Below, in pieces: positions 9,896-19,733 of a stretch of DNA of 64,000 nt. The translations under genes and the position numbers were made by a program. Under the pieces are notes generated by a model, which saw only the letters and a list, made by a program, of their open reading frames with translations, ran no database searches and was not told the origin of the DNA. Positions within the stretch are counted from its first letter, which is position 1. Each line of letters opens with the position of its first letter. This DNA is from Parcubacteria group bacterium (lineage in GTDB: Bacteria > Patescibacteriota > Minisyncoccia > Phycocordibacterales > 21-14-all-47-15): assembly GCA_016181845.1 (NCBI GenBank), contig JACOYO010000001.1, positions 33,133 to 97,132 on the forward strand. Reading direction: 5' to 3'.

Positions 9896-10977
9896 GTAAT
9901 GTTATTCAAAATTGTCGCTATCTTTTTTATTTCTTGTTTTTTTAGATACGGGTACATCGGCAGTGAGAATATCTCTCGGGCGTAGCGTTCCGCCACAGGA
10001 AAGCTATTTTTTTCCTGTTTTGCGTAAAATGGGTGGCGATGGAGCGGGGTTCTATAATGGATGAGTGTTTGAATACCATGCTCTTTCAAGAGCTTCATTA
10101 TAGCATCCCTTTTTGGGGCGCGCACCACAAATAAATGATACACGCACTGGCTATCCCCCTGCGGGGTCGGTAATACAATCTTTGGATTCACAATTAAGTT
10201 CCGATACTGGAGAGCAAGCTGCTGTCTTGTTCGATTCCATGTATCTACATACTTTAATTTTACACTGAGTACAGCCGCTTGTATTTCATCAAGACGGCTA
10301 TTCATCCCCGGTATTGAACACACCTGCCTGTCTTTCTGCCCGTAAAAACGCTCCGCTAGAAGTTTTGTGTAATTTTTTTTGCTTTTTGTGATAATGGCGC
10401 CGCCGTCCCCATACGCGCCGATATTCTTGGTCGGATAAAAAGAAAAACATCCAAAATCTCCAAAACTTCCCACCTTTTTACCTTTCCACATTGCACCGGT
10501 CGCTTGGGCGCAATCCTCTATAAGCGTCAGGCGAAAACGCCGTGAAATTTTCTTTAGGGCGTCCATATCGCATGCTTGACCGTACAAATGTACCGCGATA
10601 ATCGCTTTGGTTTTTTTATTTATACGCCGAACAATCTGTTTACTATCAATTAAAAATGACTCATCGCAATCAACAAAAACGGGGCGCGCGCCGCTCATGG
10701 ATACCGCCATGGCAGTCGGCAATGCCGTGTTTACCGGCACAATCACCTCATCTCCTTGCCCGATACCCGCGCATAGAAGACTTAGGTAGAGCGCGTCGGT
10801 CCCGGAATTTACCCCCACGCAATATGGGGCATCGCAGTATTCGGCAAAACGTTTTTCAAAATTCTCTAATTCAGGCCCCAGGACAAACCACCCGCGCCGT
10901 AAGACACGATGAATTGCCTCATCAATTTCCTTTTTCAAGGATTTATATTCACGCGTAAAATCAACAAATGGGATCAT
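9892..10977 (-). CDS. DegT/DnrJ/EryC1/StrS-family PLP-dependent sugar aminotransferase
   Basis: FVLGPELENFEKRFAEYC ... GVNSGTDALYL, with the conserved Lys region; ~360 aa. Confidence 0.85.
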   Translation of the reverse strand: MIPFVDFTREYKSLKKEIDEAIHRVLRRGWFVLGPELENFEKRFAEYCDAPYCVGVNSGTDALYLSLLCAGIGQGDEVIVPVNTALPTAMAVSMSGARPVFVDCDESFLIDSKQIVRRINKKTKAIIAVHLYGQACDMDALKKISRRFRLTLIEDCAQATGAMWKGKKVGSFGDFGCFSFYPTKNIGAYGDGGAIITKSKKNYTKLLAERFYGQKDRQVCSIPGMNSRLDEIQAAVLSVKLKYVDTWNRTRQQLALQYRNLIVNPKIVLPTPQGDSQCVYHLFVVRAPKRDAIMKLLKEHGIQTLIHYRTPLHRHPFYAKQEKNSFPVAERYAREIFSLPMYPYLKKQEIKKIATILNNIT

Positions 10978-10978
10978 G

Positions 10979-11410
10979 TTACTTTTTTATATATTTTAAA
11001 AATTCATCATAATCACGTAGGTAATCGCTCTCGTCATGATGGTCGTTGGCAATCACCAGGATCACGCAATCCGGAGAAAATTTAGTCATGGTGTGCCACA
11101 CTTTTGGCCTCAGCAGCAGCCCTACCGAAGGATTATCCATGGGAATTTTCTGCTTATTTTCACCGTCATCCAACATCATCTCAAAAGAGCCATTCACGCA
11201 AAAAATAATTTGCTCTAATTTTTTATGCGCATGCTTCCCACGAATCGCTTTAGGGTTTTCTAATTGGTTAATAAAATAAAATCTTTTGATGGCAAAGGGT
11301 ATTTGTTTAAATTCTTCGCCAATAAATAACTGGCCATTCGGAGCATTGGAAAAGGCCCTGAGATAAACCATGTCTGCGTCAAAATAATTTTTATCACCAT
11401 TCGTATTCAT
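10979..11410 (-). CDS. dTDP-4-keto-6-deoxyhexose 3,4-ketoisomerase-like cupin (FdtA/QdtA/WxcM-like)
   Basis: RGKHAHKKLEQIIFCVNGSF motif of the FdtA family; ~143 aa. Immediately upstream of the aminotransferase. Confidence 0.7.
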   Translation of the reverse strand: MNTNGDKNYFDADMVYLRAFSNAPNGQLFIGEEFKQIPFAIKRFYFINQLENPKAIRGKHAHKKLEQIIFCVNGSFEMMLDDGENKQKIPMDNPSVGLLLRPKVWHTMTKFSPDCVILVIANDHHDESDYLRDYDEFLKYIKK

Positions 11411-11424
11411 AGGTATACTATATG

Positions 11425-12045
11425 CTATTTACCAAGAATAAAAACTTGGTATGGAGAGAGTCCGCTTTGCATATTAAAAGTCCTTTTTACGAGGAACCTC
11501 TCGGACAACAGCTTTTCGTATCCTTCTTTATCGCGTATGAATTCCCCATTATCAAGACGATGTAATAGACGTGTAATAACATTATTATCTGACCGATTGA
11601 CGTCCTCCATGATAAGTAATTCCCCATTTGGCGCAAGCACCCGTGACATTTCTTTTAAAACACGGCCGCTTGTCTCGTCGTCCAAATGATGCAGGACGCC
11701 AACAATAACAATTTTTTGGAAACTCCCGTCTTTAAACGGCAATGTTGTCGCGTCGCCCGCAAGAAAAGTTCCTTTGTAATTTTTCTTCGCGTAATCAATA
11801 TATTTTTTTTCAATATCAACGCCAGTATACATTTCCGGATTAAAAAAGACGGAAAATTCTCCAGTGCCACATCCGATATCAAGCACGCGCTCATCCGGCG
11901 CGCATACAAAATATTTTTTAAGCACTGATCGCTCACCCTTAAAATTATTCTCTAAAATCCGCCTCAAAAAGATAAAAATGCGCGGATTTTGCGATAGCGC
12001 GTGTATTGCTTGTTTAACCGTATCCATAGTTTTTACCGTATACAT
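11425..12045 (-). CDS. Class I SAM-dependent methyltransferase
   Basis: VLDIGCGTGEF motif I; ~200 aa. Confidence 0.7.
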   Translation of the reverse strand: MYTVKTMDTVKQAIHALSQNPRIFIFLRRILENNFKGERSVLKKYFVCAPDERVLDIGCGTGEFSVFFNPEMYTGVDIEKKYIDYAKKNYKGTFLAGDATTLPFKDGSFQKIVIVGVLHHLDDETSGRVLKEMSRVLAPNGELLIMEDVNRSDNNVITRLLHRLDNGEFIRDKEGYEKLLSERFLVKRTFNMQSGLSPYQVFILGK

Positions 12046-12112
12046 CTATTGTTTATATTTCCTAGCGAGGCCACGCGAAAATTTATTTTCGTGATGACCG
12101 AGCGACGGAAAT

Positions 12113-12865
12113 TCAAGAAATGCCGCGGCATTTCTTATTTTTATTCCCTACAAGCCTCTTCATCTTTAAAAAGAGTTTCAAATCACCAATAAACTTTTCT
12201 TTCAAAAGACCGATGGCGGTATAGTTTGATGTGCCATATTCGCGTTTGTAGTGGTTCACTGGAATTTCCACAAATCTTGCTCCGACCAATTCTAATTTTT
12301 TCACCAACTCTGCAAGAATGGAGGAATCTTTCGCCTCCAGAGAAACCCTATTTAAAACACTCCTCCGTATGAGACGAAAATCACAGTCAACATCACGAAT
12401 GGGAATTTGAAAGAGACGATGGACAAGAAAAGCATACCCATTCCCCAGAAAAACTCTTAAAAAATTATCCCCTCTCTTTTTTTTGTAGCCATTCACCACA
12501 TCAACTCCCGTTTGTGTCTGTTTCTCAGCCAAGAGCACCAGGTTTTCTTCCAGATGATACTGGGCATCCCCATCAGTATAAAAAATCCAGTCCTTTGTGC
12601 ACGCGGCAAATCCATATTTGATGACCGCGTATCCTTCAGTGTTATCTTTTTTGTCAACAATTTTGAGTTCCGGATATTTCTTTTTCATTTCCAAAATTTT
12701 TTGAAACGTCCAGTCTTTAGAATTGCCGCCGTGAAGCGCGATTACCTCAAGATTGTCTGTTAATGTTTCTCCGACCGCATACGCATACGTAAGTTGTCGT
12801 TCTACCGTCCCCTCATCATTATAGAACGGAAAAAAGATTGACAATGATGTTAATTTTTTTGTCAT
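12113..12865 (-). CDS. Glycosyltransferase family 2 (DPM1/GtrB-like polyprenyl-phosphate sugar synthase type)
   Basis: LSIFFPFYNDEGT N-terminus, DGD motif (FYTDGDAQ). Start taken at MTKK; the ORF track extends to 12910. Confidence 0.75.
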   Translation of the reverse strand: MTKKLTSLSIFFPFYNDEGTVERQLTYAYAVGETLTDNLEVIALHGGNSKDWTFQKILEMKKKYPELKIVDKKDNTEGYAVIKYGFAACTKDWIFYTDGDAQYHLEENLVLLAEKQTQTGVDVVNGYKKKRGDNFLRVFLGNGYAFLVHRLFQIPIRDVDCDFRLIRRSVLNRVSLEAKDSSILAELVKKLELVGARFVEIPVNHYKREYGTSNYTAIGLLKEKFIGDLKLFLKMKRLVGNKNKKCRGIS

Positions 12866-12878
12866 ACAGCGATTGATG

Positions 12879-14327
12879 CTATGATTTCCCGCCAAACCAT
12901 ACGATTGCAATCCATAACTTTGCGAGGCGTGCCACGATAACCATAATTCTCGGAATATTTAACGCTTGTGATTTCCCGTACATTCTAAAATAATGAGATA
13001 CGCCAACTTCCGCAAATTTGAATCCTTTGTTTTGGGCTTTCTTCAATAATTCAACTGAAATAACTCCCGACTCACTTTCCAAATTTAGATTATCCAAGAC
13101 AGCGCGTCTCATCAATCTAAAATCACAATCTGGGTCCTTGACGGATAGCCAAAAAATCAACTTCATTAAATGCCGATAGATAATGTCAATAATAATTCTA
13201 TGGAATGGTTCCACATTTCCTATCTTGTACCCACTAACAATATCAATACGACTATCTAATTGTTCTAATAATTTTGGCAATTCTCGTATATCATACGATG
13301 CGTCTGCTTCAGTATAACAAACAATATCTTTTTGGGTTGCCGCGAAACCGCTTCGGAGTGTAGCGCCATACCCTTGCTTTTTATGGTGAAAAATGAGTTT
13401 TAATTCAGGAATTGAATTTTTTAATTCCAAAAGCAATTCCTGGCTTCCGTCGGTAGAATAATCATCAACGACAATAATCTCAAAATCATTAGTAAGAGAA
13501 CGTGCGACTTTTTTTGCTTCTACTATCATTGTGGCAATTGTCCCCTTATCATTAAAGCATGGAAATACAATTGATAATGATGGCACACGCGCGCTAATCT
13601 GTTTTTTATATTGCATAAATTTCCCCGCTTCAAGCAGACTGTCCGTGGTCCCAATATCAAACCAGTTTTTTTCAAGTATTATTGCTTGCAACGCGCCATC
13701 CTCAATGTATTTATTATTGATATGAGTGATTTCATATTCTCCCCGTCCTGATTTCTGTTGTCCTAGCATTTTTTCAAAAACCGTATTGTCATAAAGATAA
13801 ACACCAGTAACCGCCTTGTTTGATTTCGGATTTTTTGGCTTTTCTTCAATCTCAATAATATTGTTGCTTCCATCAATAGTCGCGACACCAAACCGTTCCG
13901 GGTCATTTACTTCTTTCAAAAAAACAAGCGCCCCTTTCTTAAAATTTTCAACATATTCGCTTATATCATCTTCAAAAATATTATCACCTAAATATAAAAC
14001 ACAATTATCGTTGCCGACATACTCTTTGGCAATATGCAGTCCGTCGGCAATACCAGATGGCTTATCCTGAATCCCGTATACTATCTGAATACGTTTGCCC
14101 GTTTTGGGGGAAATAAAATTTTGACCGGAACCCACTAATTGAACAAAATGATGCTGATACTCCGGCGGAGTAACAATCATGATGTGGTCAATTCCAGCCG
14201 ATACCAGTTTTTCAATCGCGTAAAAAATAACCGGCTTATCATATATCGGCAAAAGATGCTTATTTGTAATGTGAGTAAAGGGCGCCAATCGTGTACCGCT
14301 CCCTCCGGCTAAAATAACTCCTTTCAT
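12879..14327 (-). CDS. Fusion protein: N-terminal RmlA-like sugar-1-phosphate nucleotidyltransferase + C-terminal GT2 (DPM1-like) glycosyltransferase
   Basis: N-terminus MKGVILAGGSGTRLAPFT..K..LP (G-x-G-T-R nucleotidyltransferase signature, ~240 aa). Then SIVFPCFNDKGT ... VVDDYSTDGS ... YTEADAS (GT2 DxD). Confidence 0.75.
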   Translation of the reverse strand: MKGVILAGGSGTRLAPFTHITNKHLLPIYDKPVIFYAIEKLVSAGIDHIMIVTPPEYQHHFVQLVGSGQNFISPKTGKRIQIVYGIQDKPSGIADGLHIAKEYVGNDNCVLYLGDNIFEDDISEYVENFKKGALVFLKEVNDPERFGVATIDGSNNIIEIEEKPKNPKSNKAVTGVYLYDNTVFEKMLGQQKSGRGEYEITHINNKYIEDGALQAIILEKNWFDIGTTDSLLEAGKFMQYKKQISARVPSLSIVFPCFNDKGTIATMIVEAKKVARSLTNDFEIIVVDDYSTDGSQELLLELKNSIPELKLIFHHKKQGYGATLRSGFAATQKDIVCYTEADASYDIRELPKLLEQLDSRIDIVSGYKIGNVEPFHRIIIDIIYRHLMKLIFWLSVKDPDCDFRLMRRAVLDNLNLESESGVISVELLKKAQNKGFKFAEVGVSHYFRMYGKSQALNIPRIMVIVARLAKLWIAIVWFGGKS

Positions 14328-15346
14328 GATAATTTAAGATGCGAGTTTATCTCTTTTTTTCGTTTTAAGATATTTTCAACCCAATCATTATTTTCTTTAT
14401 ACCATTGCAATACGTCTGGCAATTTATTTTCCAGAGAATATTTTGGCTTCCAACCAAGCCGGCGTAATCTTGATGAGTCAACAGCATATTTCCGATCATG
14501 CGCCGGTCTGTCTTTTACAAATGTGATCAGAGTTTGCGGTTTCCTTAACGCCGAGAGTATTTTTTGAGCAATAATTTTATTGGAATATTCTTTTCCTTCT
14601 GAAATTCCAAAGGTGTCCCCGCTTTTTGATTTTTGCAAAAGAAGAAGCAATGCATCGGTATGGTCATCAACATACAGCCAATCGCGCATATTTCGACCGT
14701 CTCCATACAACGGTAGTGATTCATCGTGCAAAGCGCGCACTGTAAAAAATGGTATCAATTTTTCCGGAAATTGTCGCGGTCCAAAATTATTGACTGAACG
14801 AGAGATAACTACCGGTACTCCATAGGTATGTACATACGCACGAATAAGCAATTCGGCAGCCGCTTTTGACGCGGCGTATGGCGAATTCGGTTTCAGGGGA
14901 GAATCTTCATTGAACTTTTTTTTAGAAGCAAGCGGCAAATCCCCCCACACTTCATCGGTTGAGACATGTACCATTTTTTTCACACGCGGAGATTTTTGAA
15001 GCGCTTTCATAAGCGAGTGCACGCCGATGATGTTTGATTGAATAAAAGCGTCGGCTCCTCCGTGAATAGACCGGTCCACATGCGTTTCTGCGGCAAAATT
15101 AACCACAAAATCAACCGAGCTCATGAGTTTTTCCACGAGCGCCGTATCGCAAATATCGCCTTTCACAAAAGAATACCTCGCTTGCGGCACGCCGAGAAGA
15201 TTATCTTGATTGCCGGCATAGGTGAGCGCGTCAAGGTTAATCACAGACGCATTTTTAACAACGCTTAAAAAGCGGTGGATAAAATTAGAGCCCATGAAAC
15301 CGGAGCCGCCGCAGACAAGAATCTTTTTGTGTTTGAAATAATTCAT
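14324..15346 (-). CDS. rfbB: dTDP-glucose 4,6-dehydratase
   Basis: ILVCGGSGFMGSNF Rossmann motif, YAASKAAAELL (Y-x3-K). ~340 aa, typical RfbB/RmlB. Confidence 0.8.
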   Translation of the reverse strand: MNYFKHKKILVCGGSGFMGSNFIHRFLSVVKNASVINLDALTYAGNQDNLLGVPQARYSFVKGDICDTALVEKLMSSVDFVVNFAAETHVDRSIHGGADAFIQSNIIGVHSLMKALQKSPRVKKMVHVSTDEVWGDLPLASKKKFNEDSPLKPNSPYAASKAAAELLIRAYVHTYGVPVVISRSVNNFGPRQFPEKLIPFFTVRALHDESLPLYGDGRNMRDWLYVDDHTDALLLLLQKSKSGDTFGISEGKEYSNKIIAQKILSALRKPQTLITFVKDRPAHDRKYAVDSSRLRRLGWKPKYSLENKLPDVLQWYKENNDWVENILKRKKEINSHLKLS

Positions 15347-15384
15347 AATATTTTGCTATTCAAAATTGTACACCCCATCCACCT

Positions 15385-17235
15385 TTATATCGCATCCCGC
15401 CCATGGTGTGTAAAAACAAAAATCTTATACCCAAAAAAATTACCGAAAAATGCGATTGGGATTTCTATGGCAAGAGCTATATTTACCCATATCTTAGGGT
15501 CTATGCCATTAGGCGCGCCGATAACATTAACGATAATATGAAGCAAAAATATATTCAAGAGAGATGTGGCGCTCGTTATGGTAAAAAATTTAATGTACTC
15601 TGCTCTTCCGTTGTCGGTATTGTGCGCACGAAATGTCCAGAATTTATTCCAAAAAAAACTGTGCGTGATGGTAATTATTGAAGAAATGATCGTAAAAAAA
15701 ATCACCTGCCAGCCGCGCGCTATGTCGGTAAACCAAATAAAAAGATTGGTAATACCGGCAAAAAGAAACGTATTTAAAAGCCCTATCAATCCATATTTCC
15801 CAATTTGGAAAATTGAGGAACGCCACCGCATGCCCAATAGATATGCGCCGTATAAACCGGCAACGGTCATAAACGGAAGCAAAAAAAGCCAGAGTCCAAT
15901 TACAAAAAAGGAGAGCCCATGATTGTAGCGCGCTAATATGTCAAACACTTTTATATTTTGAAACACAGGAATAGAAAGCAGAGCGATGGCTTCCCCAATA
16001 ATAAGCGTCCGCCAAAAATCGGTTTTGGTGAACACTAAAATTTCTCCAAGTTCTTTATACGTGTTGCCTGACGTCTGGCGTAAAACAGTCCCATTATTAT
16101 GTAGGATGTTTTTCATAAAATGAATAATATTCGCGGCCCTGTTGCTCCAAGAATATTCCACCACGGTCTCTCGCGCTTTTTTTGAGAATGTTTTTAGAGC
16201 CGCGCAATCAGACAATCCGAAAACAGTCTTTTTTGCCAAATCGTTCGGGTTATCCGCATCAAAAAATATGGCCGTTGTTTCATGCAGTATCTCGCGTACA
16301 GCAGGCGTATCAGAAGCAATAATCGGCGTGCCAGAAGCCATATACTCAAAAAGTTTCATTGGTGAAGTGTACTCCCTTCCTATTTTCTCTTTTCCGCTTG
16401 TTGGCAAGACTAGCACATCCGCTGCTCTAAGCCACAACGGAATTTCCTGATGCTGGCGATGCCCGACAAAAATAATGTTTTTATATTTTATATTTTGTAT
16501 TTTGTATTTTGAAACTTCTTCTGCAGTGCCGCCGACGAGATATACGAGCATATCTGCATCCAATTTTTTTGCCGCCTCAATCAAAGTGTTAACACCCTTC
16601 CACTTGTAAAGATGTCCAGCGTAAAGAATGATTTTTTTATCAAGCGGAAGATTAAGCGTTTTTCTCGCGGCTTCTTTTGATATAACAATATCAAAACGCC
16701 TCAAATCAACGGCATCCGGCGCACAAAGTATTTTATCTTCAGAGACTCCAAAGCGCATGAGGTCTTTTTTTATGCCGTTGCTGATGACGACCAATCCCAT
16801 ACTTTTGCGCAAAACAAAATTGTGAAGAAACGATGACTTTTGAGGAAGTGTATGAAGCTCATAAAATATAGGCTTATGGAATAAAGCGAACAGAAACGCA
16901 ACCAAAAAATCACGGGTATAAAATACTGCGTCTTTTTCAAAAACCGCTCGCGCAATTGCCGACACGGAAAACGTAACGCTTTCAATCCAAAACCAAAGGG
17001 GTTTAAAAAAAGGAATCGGAATCAAATCCAAAACTGGCAAACGTTTGATATTGAATACTGCATCAACGCCATAATACAGAAAAGGGTCCTGTTTTATCGG
17101 GTTAAGCCTCCACGGCACAACAAGCGTAATTTCAATATCTTTCCCCTGTTTAAAGGCGCGTGCGGTATTCATAATCTGAACCCCGTGTGCTTTCTCCGTC
17201 GGCAAGCGAATATTTGCAATATATAAGAGTTTCAT
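15385..17235 (-). CDS. Fusion protein: N-terminal GT4 glycosyltransferase + C-terminal GtrA-like 4-TM membrane domain
   Basis: GT4 body (residues ~1-380) followed by hydrophobic helices ending YIKFFTITSATSLLNIFLLHIIVNVIG ... FFGNFFGYKIFVF (GtrA-like). Contains a heptanucleotide tract at 16484-16511. Confidence 0.65.
   Translation of the reverse strand: MKLLYIANIRLPTEKAHGVQIMNTARAFKQGKDIEITLVVPWRLNPIKQDPFLYYGVDAVFNIKRLPVLDLIPIPFFKPLWFWIESVTFSVSAIARAVFEKDAVFYTRDFLVAFLFALFHKPIFYELHTLPQKSSFLHNFVLRKSMGLVVISNGIKKDLMRFGVSEDKILCAPDAVDLRRFDIVISKEAARKTLNLPLDKKIILYAGHLYKWKGVNTLIEAAKKLDADMLVYLVGGTAEEVSKYKIQNIKYKNIIFVGHRQHQEIPLWLRAADVLVLPTSGKEKIGREYTSPMKLFEYMASGTPIIASDTPAVREILHETTAIFFDADNPNDLAKKTVFGLSDCAALKTFSKKARETVVEYSWSNRAANIIHFMKNILHNNGTVLRQTSGNTYKELGEILVFTKTDFWRTLIIGEAIALLSIPVFQNIKVFDILARYNHGLSFFVIGLWLFLLPFMTVAGLYGAYLLGMRWRSSIFQIGKYGLIGLLNTFLFAGITNLFIWFTDIARGWQVIFFTIISSIITITHSFFWNKFWTFRAHNTDNGRAEYIKFFTITSATSLLNIFLLHIIVNVIGAPNGIDPKIWVNIALAIEIPIAFFGNFFGYKIFVFTHHGRDAI
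16484..16511. repeat. Heptanucleotide simple sequence repeat (TATTTTG)x3-4 inside the GT4-GtrA CDS
   Basis: Reads tatttta tattttg tattttg tattttg. Coding strand (CAAAATA)n encodes KYKIQNIKYKN in frame. Confidence 0.8.
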
Positions 17236-17901
17236 TTATTTTGATGCGCTAAAAAACAATCCGAGTGCGAATTTTTCACGCGGCAGTTTCGGCTTTATTA
17301 AAAAAACTATCCAATCAGCAAAAAAGGAACCGGGCAGAATCAAAAACCTGAGCACTCTTGGCAGAACAAACTCAACCTGCGAATATGCTGCCGAAAAAGG
17401 TCCACGGCCAAGCACCGTCACTTTTACATCGCGAAGTAAGGCGGTTTCATACGCCGCCGCAAGAGTTTCACTTGTATACCGCCAAAAATCATGCGGGTCC
17501 GGATGATACCCGACCAAAAAAGGAACAGCGCCAATCATGCGTCCACCGGGTTTTAAAATCCTATGTATCTCTTTGAGCAAAAAAGAGTACCGATAGACAT
17601 GTTCAAAAATATTGAACACAAGAACCGTGTCGATGCTATTATCTTGATACGGCAGCGCGTCTTTCTCGAAATCAATTGAAACATTTTTTTCAGACGGCTG
17701 ACTTCCAAAACCGACATCAAGCGCAGCAATTTCCATGGTCTTTCCTTTTTGAAAAAAACGATAGTAGCTCGCTTGGTTAACGCCACTCCCCAAATCAACC
17801 ACCTTTCCTGAAAGCGTATAATGCGCGCATTCATTGTTCATGAATATGCGGTATAGATCTTTCCCTCGCCATATTTCTTTTATATAATTCCATCCGCTCA
17901 T
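17236..17901 (-). CDS. Class I SAM-dependent methyltransferase
   Basis: VVDLGSGVNQ ... LKPGGRMIGAVPF motifs. Abuts the neighbouring genes. Confidence 0.6.
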   Translation of the reverse strand: MSGWNYIKEIWRGKDLYRIFMNNECAHYTLSGKVVDLGSGVNQASYYRFFQKGKTMEIAALDVGFGSQPSEKNVSIDFEKDALPYQDNSIDTVLVFNIFEHVYRYSFLLKEIHRILKPGGRMIGAVPFLVGYHPDPHDFWRYTSETLAAAYETALLRDVKVTVLGRGPFSAAYSQVEFVLPRVLRFLILPGSFFADWIVFLIKPKLPREKFALGLFFSASK

Positions 17902-19733
17902 ATTTCTATTTTATATGCCCTTGCCCATATTTGGAAAGTCATGACCGCCCAGAGAATGTTCAGATTGTACACTTTTGAATCTCGGTGTTCTTCCAAAATT
18001 TTTTTGATTTCTTCAAACAAAAAAAGTTGCGCTGTTGGCTTATAATACCCTTCCGACAATATATGCTCTGCCATTCTATAAATATCAGGATGACGGAGCC
18101 ACTTAGCCGCCGGAGAAAACCAGCCACGCTTTGGCTCTTTAAAAAGAAAGCTCGGCAAATCACTTTCAAACGCTTTTTTTAGTATAATCTTCGTATCAAA
18201 GAGGCTGATTTTTTCTTTGAGCGGAATTGTCGCGGCAAACTCCACCACCTCTCTATCAAGCAACGGCACTCGCGCTTCAAGCCCAGCTGACATGCTCATC
18301 TTATCGCTAAGCATGAGGGAAAAATCAACGAGCCAGCTCCTTCGGTCGGTGTCCATAAAAAGCTCTTCGAATAATCTATCCTCATTTCCTTTAAAATATT
18401 TTTTATTAAAAAAAGCTTCTGTCATTCCCTGCGATAAAAACGACTTTTGAATCACCGAGCTCAAAAGCGATTCTTTTTGAAACATAAAAAGTGAGAAGCG
18501 GTTAACCCCGCTCGGAGTATTTAATTTTTTGATATTGCTACTCACCCGAGCTAGCGGATCTCGTAGCCATTTCGGCACCGTTTGCCAATAACGCGCAGCC
18601 AAACTCAATCGATACCGCTCATAGCCGCCGAAAAGCTCATCGCCGCCGTCTCCGCCAAGCACAACATCGGCTTTTTGTTTCGCAAAGCCCGCCAATTTCA
18701 TCATCGCCAAAGCGGTCGGATTTGAGATCGGCTCATCCATGTGCCAGACGGCCCGCTCGAGCGTATCCAGCACATCAGGCACGCCAAGGAGCACTTCGTG
18801 ATGGTTTGTTCCGAAATGCTTTGCCGTACGACGCGCCAAATGAAAATCAGCATTAAACTTTTCCTGCTGTTCTTTTTCACCTAATCGGAACCCGACAGAA
18901 AAGGTATCGATATTTTTTCTTTGACCGGCAAGCGCCGAGAGCACAATACTTGAGTCTATGCCGCCCGATAAATATACGCCAAGCGGCTTGTCTGATACCA
19001 ATTGGCGCGTAACTGAAGAAATAATTTTTTGGCGAAGAGTGTGCGCCAATTCTCCCCTTTCTCCGGAGAAATACTTTCCGTGCGGCGCCCGCCAAAAGGT
19101 TTTGGTTTGCAACATTCCGTTTCTTAACACCAAACTGGTAGCCGGCGGCACTTTGTATATTCCTTCAAACATTGTGAAAGGCTCCGGCACGTACAATGCC
19201 CGAAAATAATGATTGAATGCCTCTCGGTTAAGTTTTCTCGGAACCCCGTGCTCAAGAATCGCTTTTATTTCGGAAGAAAATATAAATTTCTTGCCATCCC
19301 AAAAATAATAGAGCGGTTTTATGCCCACGTGGTCGCGCGCAAGAAAAAGCTCTTTCTTGCGCCTGTCCCAAATCGCAAACGCGAAAATTCCGTTAAATTT
19401 TTTAACGCAGTCATGCCCCCATTTTTCATAGGCGGCCAAAATGACTTCCGTATCACTCGCTGTCTTAAACTGATACGCGGTAGCGAGCTCCTGCTTGAGT
19501 TCTTTGAAATTATATATTTCTCCGTTAAAGACGATCACGAGGTTCCCAGTATTATTTTTCATCGGCTGTCCGGCTTCTTCACGCACGTCAATAATGCTCA
19601 ACCGATTGTGCCCAAAAGAAATGCCTCCATCTAAAAATATGCGGGTTCCGTCAGGCCCGCGATGCTTGGTGATTTGATTCATATTTTGAATCAAACGTTC
19701 GTCTTCAAAATTAAATCCATTGATTGAGCACAT
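17898..19733 (-). CDS. asnB: Asparagine synthase (glutamine-hydrolysing)-like amidotransferase
   Basis: N-terminal MCSINGF (Cys2 nucleophile), SGGIDSS PP-loop; ~610 aa. Common in glycan loci (WbpS-like). Confidence 0.8.
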   Translation of the reverse strand: MCSINGFNFEDERLIQNMNQITKHRGPDGTRIFLDGGISFGHNRLSIIDVREEAGQPMKNNTGNLVIVFNGEIYNFKELKQELATAYQFKTASDTEVILAAYEKWGHDCVKKFNGIFAFAIWDRRKKELFLARDHVGIKPLYYFWDGKKFIFSSEIKAILEHGVPRKLNREAFNHYFRALYVPEPFTMFEGIYKVPPATSLVLRNGMLQTKTFWRAPHGKYFSGERGELAHTLRQKIISSVTRQLVSDKPLGVYLSGGIDSSIVLSALAGQRKNIDTFSVGFRLGEKEQQEKFNADFHLARRTAKHFGTNHHEVLLGVPDVLDTLERAVWHMDEPISNPTALAMMKLAGFAKQKADVVLGGDGGDELFGGYERYRLSLAARYWQTVPKWLRDPLARVSSNIKKLNTPSGVNRFSLFMFQKESLLSSVIQKSFLSQGMTEAFFNKKYFKGNEDRLFEELFMDTDRRSWLVDFSLMLSDKMSMSAGLEARVPLLDREVVEFAATIPLKEKISLFDTKIILKKAFESDLPSFLFKEPKRGWFSPAAKWLRHPDIYRMAEHILSEGYYKPTAQLFLFEEIKKILEEHRDSKVYNLNILWAVMTFQIWARAYKIEI

